From: an uncultured Mageeibacillus sp.
GTDB taxonomy: Bacteria > Bacillota > Clostridia > Saccharofermentanales > DTU023
Assembly: GCA_964486135.1 (NCBI GenBank)
Contig: CAZAKT010000002.1
Coordinates: 1-61,434, forward strand
DNA: 61,434 bases
Direction of reading: 5' to 3'
Shown here: positions 38,017 to 46,823 of the stretch, one piece after another
Layout of the letters: each line of letters opens with the position of its first letter
Numbering within the stretch: position 1 is the stretch's first letter
The notes under the pieces: model-generated
The model's database searches: none
Told to the model about the DNA's origin: nothing
Seen by the model: only the letters and a program-made list of their open reading frames with translations
Program-made: the position numbers and the translations under genes

Positions 38017-38041
38017 GGGGCGCGCTTTGACAGCGCGCCCC
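38017..38041 (-). terminator. Stem-loop after the BMP lipoprotein gene
   Basis: 10-bp stem GGGGCGCGCT / AGCGCGCCCC with a 5-nt loop. Confidence 0.55.
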
Positions 38042-38066
38042 TTCAATTAACTCTTTGAGCCGATAC

Positions 38067-39200
38067 TTATTCACCGAAGAATTCGATGCCTTCAAGGATG
38101 TGCTCCCAGGCAGGTGAAGAGGCGGGCTCGATGTAGGTCTCACCTTCCTTGACAACGACTTCACCGTCACTGTTGGTCAGGGGGCCTGTGAAGACATCCC
38201 AGTCACCGGACAGGATCTTGGCGCGGGCTTCCTCGATCGCCTCGGCGGTACCCTCGGCGACGAGGGCCTCATTCAGGCGGGAGATATCGACTGCGCCTTC
38301 AGCCAGACCTTCACCCCAGTCCTTGGGGATGGGCTTGCCGTCGACATAGTTGCTGACCGCCAGGACCAGGTAACGGGACCAGTCCCAAACGGCGGAGGTC
38401 AGGGTCGCGTTGGGCGCGGCATCGATCATGTCGGAGTTATAGCCGACATGGAAGACACCCTCAGCCTCGGCGGCCGTCGCTGGCGCGGTGGAGTCACAGT
38501 GCTGGCCGATCACGTCACAGCCTGCCTCGATCAGGGCCTTGGCGGCCTGGGCTTCGGCGGGCGGATCGTTCCAGGAGTTGGTGTTCATAACCAGCATTTT
38601 GACGTCGGGGTTGACGCTCTTGGCGCCGAGGTAGAAGCCGGTGAAGCCTTGGATACACTCAGCGAAGGGGTAGGCGTTGACATAACCCAGCAGATTCTTT
38701 TCCGTCTTCAGGCCGGCGGCGATGCCGGACAGGTAACGGGCCTGGTAGATCTTGCCAAAATAGTTGTGGGCGTTATCCATATCGCTCTGGGCGCACTGGT
38801 AGCCGGAGGCGTGACAGAATTCCACGTCGGGATTGTCCGCCGCGACTTCCATAACATAGTTTTCAAAACCGAAGCTGGTCGCGAAAATGATATGGCAGCC
38901 CTGCTCGACGAGTTCTCTCAGCGCGGCTTCACATTCAGCGTCTTCGGGTGTATTGAACTTGTTGACGATCTGGTCATCCTTCAACCCGAGCTCTTTTTGC
39001 ATTTTCTGGGTCCCCAGGTCGTGGTTGTAGGTATAGCCCATGTCGCTGGGGTCCGTGATGTGGACAAAGCCGAGCTTGATGTTTTCGAGCGTAACGCCGT
39101 CATCAGCTGGGGGCTTTTCCTCCTTTTTGTCGCACGCCACCAGTGTCACCACAAACGCGACGCACAACAAGATTACAATCAGTTTTTTGAAATGTTGCAT
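38067..39200 (-). CDS. BMP-family substrate-binding lipoprotein (purine-binding/Med-like subgroup)
   Basis: Lipobox LVAC, KLGFVHI...DMGYTYNHD, IFATSFGF, YQARYLSGIAAG, IGQHCDS. Confidence 0.88.
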   Translation of the reverse strand: MQHFKKLIVILLCVAFVVTLVACDKKEEKPPADDGVTLENIKLGFVHITDPSDMGYTYNHDLGTQKMQKELGLKDDQIVNKFNTPEDAECEAALRELVEQGCHIIFATSFGFENYVMEVAADNPDVEFCHASGYQCAQSDMDNAHNYFGKIYQARYLSGIAAGLKTEKNLLGYVNAYPFAECIQGFTGFYLGAKSVNPDVKMLVMNTNSWNDPPAEAQAAKALIEAGCDVIGQHCDSTAPATAAEAEGVFHVGYNSDMIDAAPNATLTSAVWDWSRYLVLAVSNYVDGKPIPKDWGEGLAEGAVDISRLNEALVAEGTAEAIEEARAKILSGDWDVFTGPLTNSDGEVVVKEGETYIEPASSPAWEHILEGIEFFGE

Positions 39201-39352
39201 AGCCTTTTCCTCCAAAAGGGTTATTGTATTGGTTATGATAGCATAGTTTCCGGCCGACCAAAAGCTGATTCAACCAAGCTTTCGGCCTGTATATGATAAA
39301 CTGGGAACTGGGAATCGGCCCCTTTTTATTCATTTGCAAGGAGACATCTTCA

Positions 39353-40612
39353 ATGCCCAAAACACACAAGTCAACCCTTCCCCAACTGCTCGGCTATACC
39401 TGCACACTCTGCCAACGCCACTATCCCTACGAGGAAGAGATGCTCACCTGCCCCAGCTGTGGGGAGACCGGCATCCTGGATATTGTTTACGATTATCAGG
39501 TCATCCGCGAACAGTTGAGCCGGGAAAGCCTCAGCCGGGACCCCGACTGGAGCATGTGGCGCTACAAGGCCCTCCTGCCCTTGGAAGACCGGGAGTATTC
39601 GAGCTTTTTGAGGGTAGGCTGGACACCCCTTTATCCCTCGCTTCGTCTGGCTGATGAACTTGGGATCAAGGCTCTTTACCTGAAGGACGACGGCCTCAAT
39701 CCGACAGCCTCCCTGAAGGACAGGGCCAGCGCTGTCGCCGTGGCCAAGGCGCTTGAGCTTGGCTACGATACCATCTCCTGTTCGTCCACGGGCAATGCGG
39801 CCTCCTCCTGCGCCGGCAACGCGGCCAGGGCCGGCCTGAAAGCCGTCATCTTCGTCCCCGAGCGGGCCCCGCAGGGGAAGCTGGCGCAGATGCTGATCTT
39901 TGGCGCCCGGGTGGTCTCTGTGATAGGCGACTATCGGGAGACCTTCAATCTTTCGAAAGCAGCCATCGCCAAGTATGGCTGGTATAATCGGAATGCCGGC
40001 ATAAACCCTGTCATGGCGGAGGGCAAAAAGACCGTTTCCCTGGAAATTGCCGAGCAGCTGGCTTTCGAACCCACGGACTGGGTGGCCGTTTCGGTCGGGG
40101 ACGGTTGTACAATCGCGGGTGTCTATCTCGGTTTTCGTGATCTTCTTGAACTGGGAATGATCGACCGGATCCCCAAGATCCTGGGGGTCCAGTCAACCGG
40201 TTGTTCGCCCTTTGTCGACGCGGCGCGGGACCAGGCCCCCCTGAAGCCGACTCCAGAAAACACCCTGGCCGACTCGATCTCCGTCGGTGTCCCGCGAAAC
40301 CCGGTCAAGGCCCTGCGGGCCGTCTCAGCGACGGGGGGGGCCTGGATTGCCGTGCCAGATCAGGCTATTTTGGAGGCCATGAGCGAATTGGGCCGTAAAG
40401 AGGGCGTTTTTGGAGAACCCGCCGGCGCGGCCTCCTATGCCGGGGTCAGGCAGGCGGTTGCCCAGGGGATCATTGGGGCGGATGAGACGGTAACCTGCAT
40501 CTGCTCCGGCAGTGGCTTGAAAGACGTGGTCAATGCCCTGAAGGCGGCGGGAGAACCCATCCGTTGCCGGCCCGACCTCAAGGAACTGGAGGAGACGGAT
40601 CTGTTTGTATAA
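39353..40612 (+). CDS. Threonine synthase-like fold-type II PLP enzyme
   Basis: N-terminal CxxC...CPSCG, GWTPL, PLP-lysine NPTASLKDR, SSTGN, EGKKT, GSGLKD. Confidence 0.85.
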   Translation: MPKTHKSTLPQLLGYTCTLCQRHYPYEEEMLTCPSCGETGILDIVYDYQVIREQLSRESLSRDPDWSMWRYKALLPLEDREYSSFLRVGWTPLYPSLRLADELGIKALYLKDDGLNPTASLKDRASAVAVAKALELGYDTISCSSTGNAASSCAGNAARAGLKAVIFVPERAPQGKLAQMLIFGARVVSVIGDYRETFNLSKAAIAKYGWYNRNAGINPVMAEGKKTVSLEIAEQLAFEPTDWVAVSVGDGCTIAGVYLGFRDLLELGMIDRIPKILGVQSTGCSPFVDAARDQAPLKPTPENTLADSISVGVPRNPVKALRAVSATGGAWIAVPDQAILEAMSELGRKEGVFGEPAGAASYAGVRQAVAQGIIGADETVTCICSGSGLKDVVNALKAAGEPIRCRPDLKELEETDLFV

Positions 40613-40683
40613 CGCGGGTTACCGAAACCGCGAATAGTTAGAAGCTATAGTCTGTCAAGGATCATCTATGAGGAGGAGTATTC

Positions 40684-43128
40684 ATGAGCCAGTACGAAAA
40701 ACTCGGTGTCTTCTATCTGGGGACTGAGAGCAAGAAAGTAGACGGGAGCGGGCAGGCAGATTTCATGTTGCTTGACTCCCGTGATTTGGTCACCCATGCC
40801 ATGTGTGTGGGTATGACAGGGAGCGGCAAGACGGGGCTGGGTATCTGTCTGCTGGAAGAGGCGGCCATGGACGGTATACCGGCCATTGTCGTCGATCCAA
40901 AGGGCGATATGGGCAATTTACTGCTTACCTTCCCTGATTTGAGCCCTGTGGATTTTGAGCCCTGGATACATCCCGAAGAGGCGGAGGCTGAGGGAATGAC
41001 GGTCAGTGAAATGGCCGCGAAAAAAGCCGAAGTCTGGCGTCAGGGTCTGGCCGATTCCATGCAGGATGGCGAGCGTATAAAGGCCCTGCGCGAAAGTGTG
41101 GAATTTGCCCTCTATACGCCGGGCGGCCAGTTCGGAAGGCCGCTTTCCCTGGAAGGCATGTTCCAGAGACCGGCTGCCGAGGCCGCGGAAGATCCTGAAT
41201 TGCTTCAGGAAGTCATCTCAACGACGGCGACCAGCCTGCTCCATCTGGTGGGGATCACCAACGTGGATCCAGTCTCCAGCCGGGAGCACGTCTTCCTGTC
41301 GACCTTGATCCAGAAGGCCTGGCAGGAGGGTGACGACGTCGCGATTTCTTCCCTGGTCAACTGGATCAGCAAGCCTCCCATGACAACTATCGGAGTCATG
41401 GATGTCGAGACCTATCTGCCGGAAAAAGACCGGTTCGCCCTGGCCCTGCGCTTCAACAACCTGGTTGCCTCACCCGCCTTCGCGGCCTTCATGGAGGGGG
41501 AACCCTTTGATATCCAATCCCTCCTCTACACCCCCGAGGGTAAACCGAAGATTTCCATTTTGACCCTGGCCCATCTGGCAGACGCTGAGCGTATGTTCGT
41601 GGTGACCCTCCTTCTGAACAGGATGATTGCCTGGATGCGGACGGAACAGGGTACCTCCTCCCTGAGGGCCCTCTTCTATATGGATGAGGTTTTCGGTTAC
41701 TTCCCGCCCGTCGCCGCCCCGCCGGCCAAAAAGCCGCTCCTGACCCTCCTGAAGACTGCCCGCGCCTACGGCCTGGGTATGGTCCTCGCGACACAGAATC
41801 CCGGTGATATTGACTATAAGGGACTGGCCAACGTCGGTACCTGGTTTGTCGGCCGGCTCACGACCGAGCGCGACCGTATGCGCCTCTTGGAAGGCATGGC
41901 CGACGAATCGATTGAGGGTGTCAACCGGGCCGAGCTGGGCCGGCTGATTGCAGGCCTGAAGCAGCGGGAGTTCGTCTTAAGGTCGGTCCGGGGCGGGGAG
42001 CCCACCCTCTTTCAGACCCGCTTCTGCATGTCCTACCTGGCCGGACCTCTGACCCGGGACCAGATCCGGCAGCTGGTCGCGGAGCAGGGCTACCTGCCGC
42101 CGGTGAAACCGTCACCGGCCCCGATTGAAAGGGAGCCAGTGGAGGAGTTGGAGACCTTGCCGGAGGAGCAGCCGCCTACGGAGGCACCGGTTGCGCCCAT
42201 AGCCCCGCCTCCAGCCGTCGAACAGGTCACTGTCGCACCGGTACCTGCGGCGGGCGTCGTGGTCAGCTATCTCCCCGGCCAGGCGGGACAGACCTATAAG
42301 CCTGCCCTGGCTGGATTTTTGACTGTCTACTATGAAAACGAGAAGAAGTCGGTCTCCCACACGGAGCAGGTTTCGCGCTTCACCCCCCTGGGAGAAGGAG
42401 TCGTCCCGGTCGATTGGAACAAGGATCTGGATCTCGGTCTCTCTCTCGACGATCTCGATTCGGAGCCGCCCGCCGGCGCCCAATACAAGGGCCTGCCAGC
42501 GGAGGCCAGGCTGAAGACCAGCTTTACGGCCTGGCAGCGGGCTCTGGCCGACACGGTCTGGCGTGATTCATCCCTGGAGATCCGCGAGCATAAGAAACTC
42601 GGACTGGTGTCCGATCTTGATGAAAACGAGCGGGACTTTGTCGCCCGGGTCAAAATGGCGGCCCGTGAACAGCGGGATGTCGAATTTGACGCCATTGAAG
42701 CCAAGTATGAGAAAAAACGGCTGGCCATGGAAGAGAAGATTGCCAAGGCCGAGGAAAGGATCGACCGGGTCAAGGATCAGGCCAAGGACGCCAAGATCCA
42801 ATCCGCGATTTCATTCGGCGCGGCCGCCCTGGGGGCGGTCCTGGGGAAATCCCTCCTCTCCCAGTCAACCGTCTACAAGTCCGCGACAGCCGCCAAGAGC
42901 GCCTCACGGGCGACCAAGTCTGCCAGCAACATCGGCCGGGCGGAAGAATCAGCCGAACGGGTCGAGCAGCAGATGGAACTCCTCGAGGCGGATATGAAGA
43001 AGGATCTCGAAATTGTCAGCGACCGCTATGAATCGGCGGCGGACGACATCGTTACGACGACCATCCGGCCCTTGAAGCGGGATGTTGTTGTCAATGCCTT
43101 CACCCTGGTCTGGCTGCCTCAGGACTAA
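40684..43128 (+). CDS. HerA/FtsK-superfamily P-loop ATPase (DUF87/DUF853-like) with a C-terminal coiled coil
   Basis: Walker A GMTGSGKT, VVDPKGD, Walker B FYMDE, LKTARAYG, ATQNP; GAGGAGG RBS. Confidence 0.8.
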   Translation: MSQYEKLGVFYLGTESKKVDGSGQADFMLLDSRDLVTHAMCVGMTGSGKTGLGICLLEEAAMDGIPAIVVDPKGDMGNLLLTFPDLSPVDFEPWIHPEEAEAEGMTVSEMAAKKAEVWRQGLADSMQDGERIKALRESVEFALYTPGGQFGRPLSLEGMFQRPAAEAAEDPELLQEVISTTATSLLHLVGITNVDPVSSREHVFLSTLIQKAWQEGDDVAISSLVNWISKPPMTTIGVMDVETYLPEKDRFALALRFNNLVASPAFAAFMEGEPFDIQSLLYTPEGKPKISILTLAHLADAERMFVVTLLLNRMIAWMRTEQGTSSLRALFYMDEVFGYFPPVAAPPAKKPLLTLLKTARAYGLGMVLATQNPGDIDYKGLANVGTWFVGRLTTERDRMRLLEGMADESIEGVNRAELGRLIAGLKQREFVLRSVRGGEPTLFQTRFCMSYLAGPLTRDQIRQLVAEQGYLPPVKPSPAPIEREPVEELETLPEEQPPTEAPVAPIAPPPAVEQVTVAPVPAAGVVVSYLPGQAGQTYKPALAGFLTVYYENEKKSVSHTEQVSRFTPLGEGVVPVDWNKDLDLGLSLDDLDSEPPAGAQYKGLPAEARLKTSFTAWQRALADTVWRDSSLEIREHKKLGLVSDLDENERDFVARVKMAAREQRDVEFDAIEAKYEKKRLAMEEKIAKAEERIDRVKDQAKDAKIQSAISFGAAALGAVLGKSLLSQSTVYKSATAAKSASRATKSASNIGRAEESAERVEQQMELLEADMKKDLEIVSDRYESAADDIVTTTIRPLKRDVVVNAFTLVWLPQD

Positions 43129-43150
43129 GGGGACGGTCAAGAGATTAAGA

Positions 43151-44212
43151 TCAGAAAGCCTGATCGCGGATGACCTGGACCAGGTCATCCGCGATTATTT
43201 TTTGGGAGATTTCCCCCACAGTATCCCGGTCACTGCCCAGCCCCCTTATCCGGTCAGCCATTTCACCGGAAACAAAGGGGCTGCCGGTCAGGCTGGCGGC
43301 GACCAGGTCCATGAAATCACTGTCCAGGACGTCACTGTGGATCAGGCTGTCCCGGATGATCCCCTCCTCTACCTGGAAGAGGAGTTCCGCCTGCCCCCAG
43401 GGGAAGCGGCCGGTCTCGATTTTGGCGTCAAACTTGATTGACCTGCCGTAGCGCCATTCCCAGGAGGCGTAACGCTCTTGCAGCGCTTCCAGGTCCCGGT
43501 GGCCCTGGAAGACGGAGGCATCCAGGGTCTCCATCTTGGCTCCTTCACCGTATTGGGTCTCGAAGCTGGCGGCCAGGGAGCTGGACAAGGCGGCAGGGGT
43601 CAAGTCGCCCTTGACCTCGATCAGATTGATGACGCGCGAGCGCACCGACTTGATGGCCCGGGACCGGAGTTTGCTGTCAGAGACGGTCAGGTAGCGGAGG
43701 AGGGGTTCAATGGCGGTGTCCACCATGAGGGTGCCATGGTGGAGGGCGACCCCCTTGTAATAGCGGAAGGCGTTGCCGGAGAATTTCCTGTCCCCGATCA
43801 GGATGTCGTTCCGGCCGGACCGGACGGCAGGGATTCCCAATCCCTTCACGGCGTCAAGGATAACCTGGAAGCTTTGGCCCAGGTCGAAGCGTGACCGGGG
43901 GAGGATGATCGAGAAGTTCAGGTTGCCCAGGTCATGGTAGACGGCGCCGCCCCCGGTGCTCCGCCGGGCGAGAAAACCGCCGTCCGCCTCCAGGTCCCCT
44001 GTCCGGCACTCGGCCCAGGCGTTCTGGTTGCGTCCGATCACCACGGTATGCTCATTTTGCCAGAGGAAGAGGATGGCGGCGTAGGCTCTTGCCTCCTCGT
44101 GTCCGCTATCGCTGAAGCAAAGACCCATAAGGTATTCCTCAAGGGCCAGGTTCTTCCAGGGATTGACCTCATCGGTTCTGACGAGGAGGAGGGGAGGGGA
44201 GCTTGTTTTCAT
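43151..44212 (-). CDS. lplA: Lipoate-protein ligase A
   Basis: NLALEEY, LWQN...VIGRNQN, RRSTGGGAVYHDLGN, GRND, KFSGNA, HHGT, WEWRYG. Confidence 0.94.
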   Translation of the reverse strand: MKTSSPPLLLVRTDEVNPWKNLALEEYLMGLCFSDSGHEEARAYAAILFLWQNEHTVVIGRNQNAWAECRTGDLEADGGFLARRSTGGGAVYHDLGNLNFSIILPRSRFDLGQSFQVILDAVKGLGIPAVRSGRNDILIGDRKFSGNAFRYYKGVALHHGTLMVDTAIEPLLRYLTVSDSKLRSRAIKSVRSRVINLIEVKGDLTPAALSSSLAASFETQYGEGAKMETLDASVFQGHRDLEALQERYASWEWRYGRSIKFDAKIETGRFPWGQAELLFQVEEGIIRDSLIHSDVLDSDFMDLVAASLTGSPFVSGEMADRIRGLGSDRDTVGEISQKIIADDLVQVIRDQAF

Positions 44213-44331
44213 GGCTGGTCCTTTTTCAACTCATTTTCTATGCCCTATAGTATCGAAAAGTGAGGCCCGGGGGAAGAAAGAAAAAGAGGAAGTGGTATGA
44301 TGCCCTATAGGATCAGGAAAGGCGAAAAAAC

Positions 44332-44811
44332 TTGAAAAATAAGCGCTTACATGGCAGGCAGAGAAGGGCGGAACGCCTCCTTACCCGGGAACGTTCCTGC
44401 GGGGCAATCGTATTCCGGAAGGGGGATGACGGCCTGGACCGGGTCCTTCTCGTCCAGCATAAGCCAGGTCACTGGTCTTTCCCCAAAGGGCATGTCGAGG
44501 CGGGTGAAAGCGATCGGCAGACGGCCATCCGGGAGGTGGAGGAGGAGACGGGGGCCCTGATTTCGATCACATCCGATTTCCAGGGAATATCGACCTACTC
44601 GCCGCGGCCCGGCGCCTTCAAGACCGTGATCTTTTTTCTGGGGGATTATCTGGGCGGTCAGATCCGGCCCCAGTTAAGTGAAATCAAGGCTGTTGGCTGG
44701 ATGACCCGGGAAGAGGCGGAGGAGCTTCTGATCTTCGACCGGGACCTGGAGATCTTCCTGGAGGCGCTCGACTTCCATAAAGACCGGGAATCACTTGAAA
44801 GCGGGGAGTGA
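44332..44811 (+). CDS. NUDIX hydrolase (Ap4A hydrolase-like)
   Basis: SCGAIVFR, Nudix box GHVEAGESDRQTAIREVEEETG, WSFPKG. Confidence 0.9.
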   Translation: MKNKRLHGRQRRAERLLTRERSCGAIVFRKGDDGLDRVLLVQHKPGHWSFPKGHVEAGESDRQTAIREVEEETGALISITSDFQGISTYSPRPGAFKTVIFFLGDYLGGQIRPQLSEIKAVGWMTREEAEELLIFDRDLEIFLEALDFHKDRESLESGE

Positions 44812-44813
44812 TT

Positions 44814-45659
44814 ATGGCGGAAATGACTGACCGGGAAAAGAGATTCCCCCTCAAGGAAAACTACAGTATGGATGAGCTTCGGGCCATCCTGGCCTTTCTC
44901 CGAAGTGAAGAGGGCTGTCCCTGGGATCGGGCGCAAAGCCATGAAAGCATCCAGGGCAATATGCTTGAGGAGGCCTATGAGGCGGTTGACGCCATCCAGA
45001 GCGGGGATCCGGAGAAGCTTGTTGAAGAGCTGGGCGACGTCCTCATGCAGGTCGTTTTTCACGCCGGGATAGCGGAAGAAGCTGACGACTTCAGTTTTGA
45101 CCAGGTCGTGTCCGGAATCTGCCGGAAGTTGATTTCCCGGCATACCCATCTGTTCGGCAGTGACAAGGCCGAGACGCCCGAGCTGGTCCTGAGGACCTGG
45201 GAGAAAAATAAGCGGAAGGAAAAAGGGCATAGGCGGACAGTTGACGCCATGCGGGACCTGCCGCGGGGAATGCCGGCTTTGACCCGGGCTTATAAATTGC
45301 AGAAAAAGGCGGCAGATATCGGCTTTGACTGGCCTTCCCTCGAGGGCGCCAAGGAAAAGATCAAGGAAGAATATGATGAATTCCTGGCTGAGCTGGACCG
45401 GGGGGATGAGATCCGTGCCCGGGAGGAAGCGGGCGACCTCCTCTTTGCCGTCGTCAATATCCTCCGTATGCGGGCCATCGATCCGGAAGCCGCCTTGACC
45501 GGTTGTTCCGAACGCTTCATCCGGCGCTTCAGCGCCATGGAGGAGGCGGCTGACCGGGAGGGAAGCTCACTTGCCCGGATGAGCCTGGAGGAGATGGACG
45601 GGCTCTGGGATGAGGCTAAGCGCCTGGAACTGTCTGGAGGCAGGGCTTATGAGACTTGA
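44814..45659 (+). CDS. mazG: Nucleoside triphosphate pyrophosphohydrolase MazG
   Basis: GCPWDRAQSH, EEAYE, EELGDVL, RHTHLF, GFDW, GDLLF; no N-terminal methylase domain. Confidence 0.93.
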   Translation: MAEMTDREKRFPLKENYSMDELRAILAFLRSEEGCPWDRAQSHESIQGNMLEEAYEAVDAIQSGDPEKLVEELGDVLMQVVFHAGIAEEADDFSFDQVVSGICRKLISRHTHLFGSDKAETPELVLRTWEKNKRKEKGHRRTVDAMRDLPRGMPALTRAYKLQKKAADIGFDWPSLEGAKEKIKEEYDEFLAELDRGDEIRAREEAGDLLFAVVNILRMRAIDPEAALTGCSERFIRRFSAMEEAADREGSSLARMSLEEMDGLWDEAKRLELSGGRAYET

Positions 45660-45894
45660 TAAGTTCTTGAAGGTGTCACGGATTGTCAAACGCCGGACCG
45701 TCGCAAATGAAATGGCCTCGGCAGGCCGGATTGAAGTGAATGGGAAGAGGGCCAAGCCTGGAACCGAGGTCAAGCTTGGCGACATTCTGGATATCGGCTA
45801 CGGCCAGAAGCAGATCCGCGTCCGCATACTCCAGGTGAAGGAACACGTGAGAAAGGAGGAAGCGGATTCGCTTTATCAGATACTGACCGACTGA
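45649..45894 (+). CDS. yabO: S4-domain RNA-binding protein (YabO/RqcP family)
   Basis: MRLDKFLKVSRIVKRRTVANE...GRIEVNGKRAKPGTEVKLGD. Confidence 0.92.
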   Translation: MRLDKFLKVSRIVKRRTVANEMASAGRIEVNGKRAKPGTEVKLGDILDIGYGQKQIRVRILQVKEHVRKEEADSLYQILTD

Positions 45895-45952
45895 GAATGC
45901 GTCGGTCTGCACCTCCTGTCACCTGACTGTCAGGGGACGGGACATCCCAGAT

Positions 45953-45981
45953 TTGCAAAACCGAACAAACTGAAGTAGGAT
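45953..45981 (+). promoter_or_regulatory. sigmaA promoter upstream of divIC
   Basis: TTGCAA, 17-nt spacer, TAGGAT. Confidence 0.5.
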
Positions 45982-46023
45982 GGTTTTACTATCAACAGGA
46001 TGTCAGGTCGACAGGTGAACACT

Positions 46024-46344
46024 ATGCGTCAGAGCTACGCTGAAAATTTCAAGGCTGAGCGCAGGCGGTCGTCCCTGTCTTTTTTCACTCGATTTTTCAT
46101 CAGTGTCGTAGCCGTCATTATCCTGACCCTTTGTTTCACATCCTTTTTCGACCAGCAGAAGGAATTCGACCGCTTGACGCGGGAGAAGCAGAAGCTGGAG
46201 CGGGAGCGGGATATCCAGTACCAGAAGTATGAGGCCCTGAAGAGCCTGGACGATATCGCGGAATCCCGGGAATACATTGAGCGTGTCGCCCGGGATTACC
46301 TTGGTATGGCCCTGCCGGGAGACTGGATCATCCAGGTGGATTGA
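46024..46344 (+). CDS. divIC: Septum formation initiator (DivIC/FtsB family)
   Basis: Basic N-terminus, one TM helix, a coiled coil, and EYIERVARDYLGMALPGD. Confidence 0.85.
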   Translation: MRQSYAENFKAERRRSSLSFFTRFFISVVAVIILTLCFTSFFDQQKEFDRLTREKQKLERERDIQYQKYEALKSLDDIAESREYIERVARDYLGMALPGDWIIQVD

Positions 46345-46359
46345 AAGCCTGCCCCTTTT

Positions 46360-46644
46360 CTAGCTGCCGACCAGGTCCCTCAATTCATCCAGATCCTCCC
46401 TCACCTTGTCCAGGGCCTGGGCCGGGATGAAATAGTCGAAGCGTTCGTTGACCGGACCCAGCTCCAGCGCCAGGGCAGCCCCCCTTTGACCGCGCTTCAA
46501 GTAGGGGATCCCCCTCTCCTCCAGATAGGTCTCGACATGGCCGGTCCAGACCAGGGGGGCGGAGATGAGGAAAACCGGCTCCCCGGCATCGGGTATTACC
46601 CGCTCTTCTTCTTTTTTCCGACGAAATAAATCCAATAGTCCCAT
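46360..46644 (-). CDS. Small hypothetical protein (DUF2007-like)
   Basis: VETYLEERGIPY...G...LGPV...FIP pattern; RBS-like GAGGACAGAG. Confidence 0.6.
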   Translation of the reverse strand: MGLLDLFRRKKEEERVIPDAGEPVFLISAPLVWTGHVETYLEERGIPYLKRGQRGAALALELGPVNERFDYFIPAQALDKVREDLDELRDLVGS

Positions 46645-46823
46645 GGCTCTGTCCTCAGCTGGATCCCCGGATCACCCGGTCAATCTCCCCAAAGCTATTC
46701 TGAGCCGTCCGGTCCCAGGAGGCAAGTCTTTGCCCCCTTTCACGTTATAATAGGGTCGGTTGCGCCCGCCTGGGCAGGCCTGTCCTGGACCGGTCTTTGC
46801 GGCGGAGACGGCTTTGAAAGAAG

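Noticed and set aside
39201-39352. Purine riboswitch upstream of the BMP operons (also checked 9496-9724)
   Set aside because: No recognisable purine aptamer core, and the predicted promoters are too close to the starts
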